Notes under the pieces: generated by a model
Databases searched by the model: none
The model's input: the letters and a program-made list of their open reading frames with translations, nothing else
What the model was told of the DNA's origin: nothing
Source of the DNA: Eledone cirrhosa
Lineage: Eukaryota
DNA length: 64,000 bases
Direction: 5' to 3'
Assembly (NCBI GenBank): GCA_964016885.1
Contig: OZ024761.1
Coordinates: 930,001-994,000 of the forward strand
Position numbers and translations under genes: made by a program
Shown here: in pieces, positions 32,812 to 48,249 of the stretch
Position numbering within the stretch: the first letter of the stretch is position 1
Layout: each line of letters starts with the position of its first letter

Positions 32812-33327
32812 TATACATACAGGTACACATACGAAGAGTGAGAAATGAAATTTCGTTTTCATTTTATTACAACTCATCGTTTTCGGTGCGCCTGACCGAT
32901 TTAACTCACTCGATATGCAAATTAGGCTGCTCAGCCGTTAATTTTCATAAGGAAAGTATATACTTTCGAACGTTCAACTATCTGGCAGATGGGTATACGG
33001 TGCTGATGATAGCTAACAAGCTTGAAACTAGTACATCGTTCCTGTGTCAGTGTTGAACAAAAAGGTGACGTGGTTGCCTTAACACCGTGCGGCATAAATT
33101 CAGGCTGTTCAGTTTGTTTACAAACGAACAAAGCGGGCGCCATAATAAGCGTCCGCTAAACTGATGCGTACATATATGTATGTGTACCTGTATGTATATA
33201 TATATATATGCATGCTACTGTACGTCTGTATACATATATGTATGTACGTATACATGCATACTTACATTTAAGTAAGTGCCGTACTAAGAGTGAGAAATGA
33301 AATTTCGTTTTCATTTTATTACAACTT
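32722..33327 (+). mobile_element. Retrozyme-like element, second subfamily (~450-bp unit plus partial repeat, with 5' inverted segment)
   Basis: Reverse-complement homologue of 31693-32480. AAGAGTGAGAAATG recurs at 32834 and 33286. Segment 32722-32832 is an inverted copy of ~33178-33268. Confidence 0.8.
32997..33039 (+). ncRNA. Minimal type I hammerhead ribozyme (retrozyme unit 3)
   Basis: acggtg CTGATGA t agct aaca agct t GAAAC ta GTA catcgt; predicted cleavage after 33033. Confidence 0.88.
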
Positions 33328-34104
33328 ATATATGTATGTATATATATATATATACAAAATTAAGATAAATTCAATTAATTTAATCTAAATCAAAATTATG
33401 GGTGTCATGCCAGAAAGGCATGCGCCATATCCCCCGGAAAATAAGCTCTAAGATTCTAACGAGTAGGTCCGAGCATTTTATAATAACTAGAAATTGATTA
33501 ACATATATATAAACGTGAATAATCACAGGAGATAATTTTTACAAGTGTGTAACCACACATAGCTAGGTAGGTAACTAACTAAAGTTGACCAGAACTTAAA
33601 AAATAGATACCTTATAATATGATTAATCTTCCCTGTATATATTCCATTAAAGAAATATATTTCACCAATTAATCAGATGGTAAACCACGGAAGTGGAGAT
33701 TTTGGATTTTCAACAAGGATCATTCATGTTTATATATATGTTAATCAATTTCTAGTTATTATATATAACTATATATATATATATAACTATATATATATAT
33801 GTATAACTATATATATATGTATAACTATATATATATGTATAACTATATATATATATATTGTTATACTTTGGGAAGGTCATGTTGCCAATAAGAAACACAT
33901 GCACCAGTTGCTTTCACTTCAATTTATTATATATTTATAAATTTATAAATTTCTGGTTGGTTGGTTGGTTCCACAACCAGATAGTTGTTTATATATAGTC
34001 ATAGTTCTTTCGTTACACTCTGTGACCTCTTCAGTGACTGGGGATTCCTTTCTTTGTTTCTGTGCCTCTCCTTTGAAACAAAATGGCGTAGGACAGAACA
34101 AAGG

Positions 34105-34680
34105 AGAGGCACAGAAACAAGAGGAATCAAATGCTGTGTGCAGGAGAGGCAGTTGCGTTGGTATGGACATGTGATGCGTATGAAGGATGACAGCTGCATA
34201 AAAAGGTGCAGAGCACTAGAAGTCAATGTAAACCGCAGAGTGGGGAGACCCAAGAAGACCTGGGATGAGGTGATAAAAGCCGACCTTACCCAATTACACC
34301 TCTCAAAGGCGATGACACACGACCGTGACCTCTGGCGTCACGCAGTAATACAGTACCCGACCTCCCATGGGTACAAGCTGAAGCATATAGACAATATGGC
34401 CCCACACCCTCCCACTGCAAAGTGGTCGTGAAGGTGCCACGGCAAAAAAGCACCCAGCCCACACTGTAAGGTGGACGTGTAGGCGCCACAGAAAAAGCAC
34501 CCAGCACTCACTGTAAACGAGGTTGGTGTTAGGAAGGGCATCCAGCTGTAGAAATCAAGCCAAAATCAGTTCCTGTATGAACAAGGCGTGGTCATCCGAC
34601 CAGACACTGCCCACAACAGGACAACCCGTCTAACCCATGCTAGCATGGAAGAATGGACGGAAAACGGTGATGATGATGAT
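34105..34680 (+). mobile_element. RTE LINE 3' fragment followed by RTE-tailed SINE-like element with (GAT)n tail
   Basis: RQLRWYGHVMRM...GRPKKTW...DRDLWR motifs; ends GATGATGAT. Confidence 0.85.
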
Positions 34681-34754
34681 AACTATATATAACTATATAT
34701 AACTATATATATATATATTATATAACTATATATATATATTATATATTATATATA

Positions 34755-34789
<35 letters not shown>

Positions 34790-35018
34790 AACTATATATA
34801 TATAACTATATATATATATGTATGTATAACTATATATATATAACTATATATATATATGTATGTATAACTATATATATATATATATGTATAACTATATATA
34901 TATATATATATGTATAACTATATATATATATATATATGTATAACTATATATATATATATATATAACTATATATATATATATATATTATATATATGTATAA
35001 CTATATATATATATATTA

Positions 35019-35289
35019 TAAATGAGAGGTATAGAGATTGTTTTAGCAAGAAGCTAACGGCATTCTATAACATATATGCGACTACAACGTCAAGATGGGA
35101 AAAGTAGTTAACGTAAGATTTAGGAAAAATAATTCAAACTCATCTCAAAAGAGAATCAGGATATAAATTCATCCACAGAATTTAGTGAAATCAAGGGAAA
35201 AATCAATAGACCTTTAACTAATGATAAAATAAAGTTTGAAACAGTTATCCTTCAATTTGAAATAACATCAAATGCACTGTATAGTCTTC

Positions 35290-35290
<1 letters not shown>
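35019..35290. mobile_element. Unclassified dispersed element ending precisely at (TA)n
   Basis: AAATGA(G/A)A(G/A)GT..AGA.ATT.TT.TAGCAAGAAGC end shared with 40054-40096, 58990-59038, 62367-62442 and (reverse) 61243-61367. Confidence 0.6.
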
Positions 35291-35320
<30 letters not shown>

Positions 35321-35337
35321 AACTATATATATATGTA

Positions 35338-35374
<37 letters not shown>

Positions 35375-35389
35375 CTATATATATATGTA

Positions 35390-35510
<121 letters not shown>

Positions 35511-35697
35511 AACTATATATATATATATATATGTATAACTATAACTATATATATATATGTATAACTATAACTATATATATATATGTATAACTATATATAT
35601 ATATATAACTATAACTATATATATATATATATGTATAACTATATATATATATGTATAACTATATATATATATATATGTATAACTATATATATATATA

Positions 35698-35776
<79 letters not shown>

Positions 35777-35852
35777 AACTATATATATATATATATATAT
35801 ATATGTATAACTATATATATATATATAACTATATATATATATATATATATAT

Positions 35853-36350
35853 GTACGTTATTCCGGGTTGAATCGGAGGTAACCACAGTAAGTAAGGTAC
35901 TCAATACATAGCAGAGTATAAAAGTTATAATATAGAAGAGATTCTACAGGACTAGAACTGTTTCATTCTTTAGAAATCATCAGGAATCTGGGTATCAAAA
36001 AATAAAAATGGTATTTATAGGTCTCTACAAGTGGTAGGAGAGGGTGGGGAGTGGGGTGGGTGTAGGTCATTGGTTGATAGAAAAGGGAATTCATTAAAAG
36101 CTAATTCTACAAAGCTATAGTTTATTTTTATTAATTTATGTTTTTAGAGTATCAAAGGCAGACAGAATTCTATAAACAGGTTCCGGATGGCATACCATTC
36201 CTTGTCATTAAGTTTGGTTCTCTTAAGCTAACAGATGTCTATAAGATCAGTGGGGGGGGTCAGTCATGGTAGATAGAATTAAAGAAAAGGGAGATTCTTT
36301 AAAAGCTAAAATCATTAAGGTTCTACTAAGTGACAAAGGTTTAGAAAATT
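35853..36350 (-). mobile_element. Family A cassette, diverged copy
   Basis: Colinear with 28300-28792 with scattered substitutions; abuts a (TA)n array. Confidence 0.75.
35939..35989 (-). ncRNA. Type I hammerhead ribozyme, family A
   Basis: Same fold as 28658-28708; differs only in loop II. Confidence 0.8.
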
Positions 36351-36458
36351 CATGATATGAAGGCTAAAAAACACTTGTGGATAGTGCAGTTGATAGTGCA
36401 TGTTGATTTAAAACTGCACTATCCACAAGTGTTTTTTAGCCTTCATATCATGTTCTCC

Positions 36459-36529
36459 TGTTTTATCTGATGAAAACACAAATATTATTGCATGATGATG
36501 TTTGTTTTTGAAATGCGCATAATAAAATA
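36459..36529 (+). ncRNA. Type I hammerhead ribozyme, family B
   Basis: tgttttat CTGATGA [long helix II acaaatat/atgtttgt] GAA ATGCGCAT A ataaaata: palindromic helix III, AUA site. Confidence 0.8.
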
Positions 36530-36697
36530 CATGGAACTCCTTTAACCATCTTTTGATCTTATATATTATATATAACTATATATATATATACAGAGAGCGA
36601 GAGATTGAGAGAGAGAGATGGCTTCTATATAAAAATGTATGTATATACTCAACTGGATTGAATACCTTAGTTACTGTGGTTCCAATTGAACATTTTC

Positions 36698-36746
<49 letters not shown>

Positions 36747-37432
36747 AACAAAGAGGGTGTGGTAAGATACCAGGTGGATCATAACGCACCAGAGTATTCA
36801 ATACTTAGGGTAGTAGAGTGGGTAATAGGATCTAGCTGTCGAAATGGCCAGAGCTCAGTCGTTGGGGTCCTTACTCTTTTCCTATATATATAGATATATA
36901 CATAGAGAGATAGAGTTAATATTGACTAGTGAATGAATGGAGGTTACAAGTTGGTTATAAAGGTTTCCTGGTTTGGTTTCTTTAAAAAAGAAACGTAGCT
37001 GAAAAATATTAGCTGAAAATTAACTGAAAGGTAGCTGAAAAATAAATTAAAATAGCATAGGCCCCTATATATCAATAACAGAAATAGCTCAAACCGATAT
37101 TAAATCGACACCAACACCAGTGCCTCATTTACCATTGTGTCCTTAAACACAGGGCCCCGTTGGTCGGGGTGGGAAGGGGGGAGACATCTTCCTGCCCCCA
37201 AAAAATATTTTACGATGAATTTTTCTAAAGTAAGGGACCTCATAACTTAACTAGCACAGGGTCTCATTTGTCCAAAATCCACCACCAACAACATCATCAC
37301 ATATACAATGGTTTTTGATTTAGACACAAGGTCAACAATTTTGAGAGGGGAGGGGAAACAGCTTAGAACGACCGAGTGCGTTACTGGTACTTTATTTCAC
37401 ACACATGTATGTATATACATATATACACACAC

Positions 37433-37484
<52 letters not shown>

Positions 37485-37517
37485 CAACAAATAAATGCAA
37501 ACTAAGTCTTATTATAT

Positions 37518-37696
37518 TTGGCAGTATCGGTAGAGGGTCGGACGCCATGCTTTCTAGCATAGTTACGTCCCTTTACAGTCTGAGTTCAAATCCCGCCGAG
37601 GTTAACTTTGCCTTTCATCCTTACGGGGTCGATAAAATAAAGTACCAGTAATGCACTGGGTAATTGCTGGCCTTGTGCCAAACGTAGAAACAATTA
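37518..37696 (+). mobile_element. tRNA-derived SINE
   Basis: A box TGGCAGTATCGG, B box GAGTTCAAATCC, core GCCTTTCATCCTTACGGGGTCGATAAAATAAAGTACCAG (MetaSINE-like), tail GCTGGCCTTGTGCC. Confidence 0.85.
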
Positions 37697-37719
37697 TATA
37701 TGTATATATATATATATAT

Positions 37720-38577
37720 ATAGAAAGATTTGAATGGATACAATTTAGTTGAAAGGAATTTATTGACACGTGTTTCTATAACAGTTACATCACCTGAAAA
37801 CAGCTGCTATCTACAAAGTTTTAGTTATGCAGACATTCAATATTTCAATGTTATTATTTACTGTCATTTCATCAGAATAATATTACTGAGGACCTATTTG
37901 GTTTTTATAGAGAATATTAGGAGGGAGGGGTGAAGTTGTTAGAAGAATAGTTGAGGGAGTGGTTTTTTGATAGCAGTGAGAATTTTTGGTGGCAATGAGT
38001 AATTAGATTCCCATCTGTTGTTTTGACATTTTTATAGAATATATTATTGGTTATTTTTCTAATCTATAGAAGGATTAGAGATAGTAAAGATATGCGTGGT
38101 TGGTTTTGTGTTTGCACTTAATTAACATTCAGACTTAAATTTTTCTTTCAAGTGTACGTATCCTTTCACCCACGCATTCACACACAAATATATTTGCACA
38201 CCTCTACAAAATACATATACTCACATTCACATAGTAACATGTTCATACTTACATACATATACACTTGCATACATATATATATACACACATGTATTCATGT
38301 ACATACATACGCGTTCATATGTATACATTTTCATACTCAACTTATCTTTATATACACACGTATAGACACACACATATATACATACATACTCTAGTCTATG
38401 TGTACATATATACATATACATACATACACATCTATATATCCTTTCAACTAAATTGTATCCATTCAAATCTTTCTATTTTTCTCCGGAGTACTTTTGGAAC
38501 TACAACTGGAACCGTCGAGCAAACTCTACGTGAGCTGTCAATCTACTGTGTGTAATATTACAACACAACGGAAAATA

Positions 38578-38580
<3 letters not shown>
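37720..38580. mobile_element. PLE-like insertion: minus-strand 3' end with HHR plus inverted tail copy
   Basis: 37721-37757 is the reverse complement of 38439-38475, which continues into a tail ending at (TA)n. Confidence 0.6.
37760..37880 (-). ncRNA. Type I hammerhead ribozyme with extended domain II
   Basis: ttatt CTGATGA a atgacagt...(~75 nt)...actgttat a GAA ACACGTGT C aataa: palindromic helix III, canonical GUC site. Confidence 0.8.
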
Positions 38581-38626
<46 letters not shown>

Positions 38627-39101
38627 CACAAAATCCCTCTACTACTACTACTACTACTAACCAACCCCTTGCTTTTCGACATAACTTCACATATCAAGAA
38701 AGGTCTCTGATTTAAGCACAAGATCAACAAATTTTTAGGGGTCGGAAAAGGTCAGCAGAAATTCGATTAAATCAACCCCAGTGCGTTACTGGTACTTCAT
38801 TTTATCGAGCTGTGTAAGGGTGAAAAGTAAAGTTAACCTTGGCGAGATTGGAACTCAGAACGTAAAGACCCGGTAATCATCATTGAGGTTCACCCACCTA
38901 CACCATTACATCTATAAACCTGTACCATTTCGACGGAGGACCTTAATATATTAAAATCCTTTAAACCTCCTCATATCATGTAACGAAATCTACTACTATC
39001 AAATCTTGAAAGGATTTTTCACTGTGTGCCTGGAGAATCAAGGCCTATATTATTAATTCGCTATATCGTAGATTTGGTAAGACATACAAATATATATATG
39101 T

Positions 39102-39150
<49 letters not shown>

Positions 39151-39339
39151 TATATATATATACATATATATATACATACATACATACATACGCGCATATA
39201 TCATTACATGTACATATATATATATTTACATATATATATATATAATATGTGTGGTGTGAGCAACACCAACACACAAAGCAAACGACAGTACAATAAAGAA
39301 ATATATTAGTTTTACGCTTGATATAGTAGGTAAAGAGTC

Positions 39340-39370
<31 letters not shown>

Positions 39371-39490
39371 TAAAAAAATAATGAATAAAACAATGAAACA
39401 GTTCCTTATATTAAACAAAAAAAGTTCATTATTTAACGATCGTTTCTAGGATATATATGTGTTAGAATTGGCATGCATATCAAGATTATC

Positions 39491-39573
<83 letters not shown>

Positions 39574-39906
39574 TCTAATACCTTCACATTACACCTTTAT
39601 ATCAAGTAACATTCCCACACATACACATATATATATATACACACACACATATATATACATACATACACACATACATACAGATATACATACACATATATAT
39701 ATATATACACATACATATACATATACATACATATATATATACACATACATATACATACATATATATATACATATACATACACATATACATACATGTACAC
39801 ATATACATACATGTACACATATATACACACATATACATACATATACACATTTATATACACACATATACATATACAAATATATACACACATACATATACAC
39901 ATAAAT

Positions 39907-39943
<37 letters not shown>

Positions 39944-40022
39944 CTCTTCACTCCTATGACTTTTCCAATTTTCAACGGAAACTTCAATATATATATATAT
40001 ATATATAAGTATGTATCTTCTC

Positions 40023-40054
<32 letters not shown>

Positions 40055-40096
40055 AATGAGAGGTATAGAGATTGTTTTAGCGAGAAGCTAACAGCA

Positions 40097-40296
40097 NNNN
40101 NNNNNNNNNNNNNNNNNNNNNNNNNNNNNNNNNNNNNNNNNNNNNNNNNNNNNNNNNNNNNNNNNNNNNNNNNNNNNNNNNNNNNNNNNNNNNNNNNNNN
40201 NNNNNNNNNNNNNNNNNNNNNNNNNNNNNNNNNNNNNNNNNNNNNNNNNNNNNNNNNNNNNNNNNNNNNNNNNNNNNNNNNNNNNNNNNNNNNNNN
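40097..40296. other. Assembly gap (200 N)
   Basis: Run of exactly 200 N, typical of a scaffold join of unknown size. Confidence 1.
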
Positions 40297-40541
40297 ACAC
40301 GCGCGTATATATATGTGTGTGTGGTTGTAACAGTAGCACGCCATGTAGTAGTTAGTGGAAGAAGAATCAGTTCGGGCAAGATGAATGGATCAATTTATAT
40401 AGACATTACAACTAAAAACTGGACCCTCACTTAACGAAATAGTAACTACCAGGTTTAGGAATAAGTACAGCAGTAAACGGGGGTAAAAAATGCGATAAAC
40501 ATGAATACAAACAATAATAATTTATTTACATTATATATACA

Positions 40542-40588
<47 letters not shown>

Positions 40589-40658
40589 TATGAAGAGAGA
40601 AGAAACATTTAGATATAATTAGTAATAAAATGTATCATACCTAAACTGTTCCTAAATT

Positions 40659-40744
40659 CCTCGACTACGTAGTTTCGTGGCATAAACAAAAACAATATAT
40701 CAAAGATATAGAGTCCTTGCGAGGTCTGCCGACTTATCAAGAAG
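40659..40744 (-). ncRNA. Degenerate hammerhead ribozyme
   Basis: cttc TTGATAA gt(c)ggca...tgccac GAA ACTACGTAGT C gagg: helices and GUC intact; the core has two transitions from CTGATGA. Confidence 0.6.
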
Positions 40745-41199
40745 ATACCTCATTTTACTAGTCTCAAGAACGCGTTATATATATATATATATATACAGAC
40801 ATATATATATATATATACATACATAAATATATACACATATACTTACATACATATATACATATACATACATATACATATTAGAGTATCCCTTATAATTTTC
40901 CGTATTAAACCTAAATGAGAAAAGTACTCTAAAAAACATTTTTTTCTTCTTCCCTTTAACTGACAGTAAGAAAAATATATAAAATAATTTATATTTCTTT
41001 ATTTAAAAAAAAAGATATGAATAATGTTAATTTCATTATGGAACCTCTAGTATTAATTAATTAATAATTAATTTTTATTATAATTATATAACCATTATTT
41101 ATAATTATTCCGATGTATAATATGTGAATCATATTATTTTCAACAACTTCGAGTTTACACACTGTGAATGAGTATTATACTACTTCGCTTTTCCTTATT

Positions 41200-41240
<41 letters not shown>

Positions 41241-41243
<3 letters not shown>

Positions 41244-41395
41244 ACGAAGGAAATGTGGTAAGGAACCAGGTGGACCATAACGCACCAAAGTACTCAATAC
41301 TTGAGGTAGTAGAGTGGGTAATAGGAACCAGTAAGACCCCAGAATTAGCCGTCGAAACGGCTTGAGCTCAGCTGTCGGGGTCTTACTGGTTCCTA
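41241..41395. mobile_element. Family F inverted cassette with HHR 3' half (GAAACGGC ttgagctca GCTGTC)
   Basis: Terminal inverted arms ATAGGAACCAGTAAGACCCC/GGGGTCTTACTGGTTCCTAT. Homologues at 22138-22262 and 36760-36885, all within (TA)n. Confidence 0.6.
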
Positions 41396-41610
41396 TATAT
41401 ATATATATGTAGATAAATCTACCAAAAGTTTACGGTAGTGTCCAATCCGTATGAAGAACTCAATGTAATCCGGATATCATGGAAAGAAGAGATGCATTCA
41501 AAAATCACTTTCGGTGAAAGATAAACGGAATACAGAGTCAAGATAAAATATTAAAAAAATAATGAATAAAACAATGAAACAGTTCCTTATATTAAACAAA
41601 AAAAGTTCAT

Positions 41611-41741
41611 TATTTAACGATCGTTTCTAGGACATATATGTTAGAATTGGTATGCATATTCAAAAGTTCTATGTACAAAATTATACAAACTATCAAAGAG
41701 AATATACATACCAACACATATATATGCTGTCTTCAGAAATA
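41611..41741 (-). ncRNA. Type I hammerhead ribozyme with extended domain II
   Basis: tattt CTGAAGA ...long hairpin (ggtatgtatattc/gaatatgcatacc)... GAA ACGATCGT T aaata. A partial second copy (3' half plus tail) lies at ~39365-39480. Confidence 0.72.
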
Positions 41742-42004
41742 TATATATATGTATATATATATAGTGAACTAACTGTTGTGGAACTACTTTTAGAGAGAGA
41801 GATGATACGACGGTGGACTGAAAGGTTCATAGGCTGACTATAAGGAAATGATGCTAGAGCTGTGAAATCTGGCAGCATTAATTTCAACTCTTATTAATAT
41901 CTGCATTGTTTCTTTCCAGGGACTATGTTGATAAATAAACCTTATTTGGTCATTTCACGAGAGTATCTTGGTCAGCCGACCCGCGTATATATATATATAT
42001 ATAT

Positions 42005-42193
42005 AATTGTTTCTACTTTTAGACACAAGGCCAGCAATTACCCAGTGTATTACTGGTACTTTATTTTATCGACCCTGTAAGGATGAAAGGCAAAGTCAAC
42101 CTCGGCGGGATTTGAACTCAAATCGTAAAGGGACGTAACTATGCTGGAAAGCATGGCGTCCGACTCTCTACCGATACTGCCAATCCACCGCCC
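42005..42193 (-). mobile_element. tRNA-derived SINE
   Basis: Full-length reverse copy. Confidence 0.85.
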
Positions 42194-42410
42194 TACATAT
42201 ATTATATATATATATATATTATATATATAATATAATACTGAGATACATGTTACCATATATATACATATATATACATATATACATATATACACATATATAT
42301 ATACATATATATACATATACATACATATATATATATATATACATATATATACATATACATATACATATATATATATATACATATATATACATATATATAT
42401 ATATACATAC

Positions 42411-42459
<49 letters not shown>

Positions 42460-42460
42460 C

Positions 42461-42535
<75 letters not shown>

Positions 42536-43185
42536 CATATATACATATATATCGCTAATTGCATTTAATGGGGTCCTTCCAACTTACTCCAACCAGTAGG
42601 CATCTCTAACAAAATACACCCCGTCCCACCACCACCACCCCCACCCCGTCCTATGTAAAGTTATGTTGGTGCCGCGCCATAGGCCGAAACAAATGAGATC
42701 GTGTAGGTGTCACGACAAAAAAACACACAGTCCACGATGTAATGTGGCCGTGTAGGCAACACGGTAAAAACCTCCCAGACCCACACTGTAAATGTGGTTG
42801 GTGTTAGGAAGGGCATCCAACTGTAGAAAACCTGCCAGACAGTCCTATGCGAGCAAGACAATCACTCTTGCCTCAAGTGGGACTACCCCCGTCCAAACCC
42901 ATGCAAGCGTGGAACACGGACGTTAAACGTTGATGATGATGATGATATATATACATATATATATATACATATATATATATACATATATACATATACATAT
43001 ACATATATATACATATACATATATATATATATATATACATATATACATATACATATATATATATATATATACATATATACATATACATATATACATATAC
43101 ATATATATACATATATACATATACATATATATACATACATATATATATATATATATACATATATACATATATATATATATACACA

Positions 43186-43359
<174 letters not shown>

Positions 43360-43367
43360 CATATATA

Positions 43368-44040
43368 TCTTTCCTTACAAGAGATCGAGACACCATGTTG
43401 ACACTGTGGAGGACTTTTGTCCTAAGCCGCCTGGACTACTGCTCCCAGCTGTGGTCACCCCATAGTGTCAAACTAACCACGGAGCTTGAGGCAATCCAGC
43501 GAAGCTACACCAAGAGGATTGCCAAGATGAGGGAGACAAGCTACTGGGAGAAGCTAAAGGAACTGAACCTCTACTCCTTGGAGCGAAGACGGGAGAGATA
43601 CGCAGTGATCTACATGTGGAAAATCCTGGAGGGACTAGCACCAAACTTTGGCATTGGGAGCTGGACCAACCGTCGAACAGGACGTCACTGTGTGGTGCCA
43701 AAGGTCCCGTCTTCCACATCTAGAATAAGGAGCAGGTATTGCAATAGCCTGGGATTCAAGGTCCCTCAACTCTTCAACAGGCTGCCGAGGCATCTGCGAG
43801 ACTTGCATGACGTGGAGGTGGATGTCTTTAAGAAACATCTCGACACCTTGTTATCCAGGATCCCGGATGAGCCCACAGCAAGACACGAGGGAAACCTAAG
43901 GGCAGCAGCAACAAACTCCCTCCTACACCAGTGGCCAACCTATACAGGCTGGAGATAAAATGTGTAGCAACAAGGGCGGTGCCCCAGCATGGCTTCAGCC
44001 GGATGGCTGAAACAGGTAAAAGAGTAAAAGAGTAAAAGAG

Positions 44041-44041
<1 letters not shown>
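43368..44041 (+). mobile_element. 5'-truncated CR1/L2-like LINE (ORF2 C-terminus, 3' UTR, (GTAAAAGA)n tail)
   Basis: Uninterrupted ...[15 protein letters not shown]...[12 protein letters not shown]...[19 protein letters not shown]...FNRLP...FKKHLD* (stop 43958), inserted in a (TA/CA)n array. Confidence 0.9.
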
Positions 44042-46471
<2,430 letters not shown>

Positions 46472-46790
46472 CACAATGTATATACATGTACATACATACA
46501 CTGGTTTAAATATGTCAACCAATTTACATATATAAATACATTTACGAGTATTGGATACACAATATTTCTTTTATTTTTCGGTAATAAAAGTCTAAAGATT
46601 AAGGTTGGTTATATATATTTGTGTATGTATATAAATAAAATATGTGTGTTTCTACATATATATATATGATGAAATTATACACATAGTTGGTTAGCCATGG
46701 TAGAGAGAAGTTAGAGTGAAAACTGGTTTTTGAGTGTAAGTTTGAGTGTAGACTGGTGTTCAAACAAGCCTGATCATAACGTTTTACTTA

Positions 46791-46847
<57 letters not shown>

Positions 46848-46987
46848 TCGATATAGAGTATAGCTGTTGCTATTTAGCCCCAGGTCAGCAATGATCGAGC
46901 ATGACATATAATGAAAAGGCGTCTCTGCTCGTCATCCATACTTTCATTCAAACAGTGCATCTAAGATTACATTATTGTGGGGTCGGG

Positions 46988-47180
46988 GGGCGGTGGATTG
47001 GCAGTATTGGTGGACGGTCGGACGCCATGCTTTGACGCATAGAGTTACGGCCCTTGCCATTCTGAGCTCAAATCCCGCCGAGGTTAACTTTGCCTTTCAT
47101 CCTTACGGGGTCTATAAAATAAAGTACCAGTAATGCACTGGGTATTTGCTGGCCTTGTGCCAAAAAAGTAGAAACAATTA
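46988..47180 (+). mobile_element. tRNA-derived SINE
   Basis: Full-length homologue of 37518-37696. Confidence 0.85.
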
Positions 47181-47477
47181 TTATACAATGTACCTTTTAT
47201 ACATATATATATATATATATTGTGTGTGGACTCCCGATGGGTGACCAGTTTTATTTTTTTTATAAAAAGGGTTCCGAATATGTCGTAGAGTAAAGGCATC
47301 TTTATTTTATATAGAAATAACTTCAACATCAGAATCTAGAGAACTGTTTCATTCGAATGAAATCATTAGGAGATATATATATATATATATACTTTGATTA
47401 CCTGTAGAGGCAATATTTATTAGCAAGCTATTGAAGTATGTATATATTTTTGAGGGACACCCTGTGTGTGAGTGTGA

Positions 47478-47654
<177 letters not shown>

Positions 47655-48249
47655 TGCGTGTGAATTTATTATGTTATGTTCAGACTGAAGAATGTGATGT
47701 GAGGGAGATTTGCCTGCTATTTCTAGCAGGTCGAATGACAACATAGAGGCTCCCTCATTGGTTTATGGCCGCTGTGTAGTTGATTGAGTGTTTCAGGGTT
47801 GACGTTGCTGTTATTTCTGCCTAATTAAGAGGGCAGCACCCTGAGCATTTTAAGGACCATGTAACTGGTGGGTGGTTAAGGGTAGGAAGTTACCCCTAAA
47901 TACGAGACCTGGTCACAGATACTTTGCAAGAGAGTGAAACACCCTCGCTTAGAGCACCCCAAGTGTAAACATGACGGGTTAAATCTTTACCACTTCACTC
48001 TGGTGTAATGATGCGGAGGTGTGTTGTGTTGTAGTAGGTTAGTGGTGTACTGGAGGTGTGTTGTGGTGCAGTGGAGGTGTGTAGTGTTGTAGTAGTGCTG
48101 TGGTGGATTGGTGGTGTAATGGAGGTGTGGTGTGTTGTGGTAGATTGGTGGTGTAATGGAGGTATGGTGTGTTGTGGTAGATTGGTGGTGTAATGGAGGT
48201 GTGGTACTTTGTGGTAGATTGGTGGTGTACTGGCGGTGTGTTGTGTTGT

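Noticed and set aside
37518-37600. tRNA gene
   Set aside because: The A/B boxes belong to a multi-copy SINE head; no cloverleaf.
38085-38152. PLE GIY-YIG C-terminus-like remnant (…KSE…KCKH…) on the minus strand
   Set aside because: Needs frameshifts and is too short to call without a profile search.
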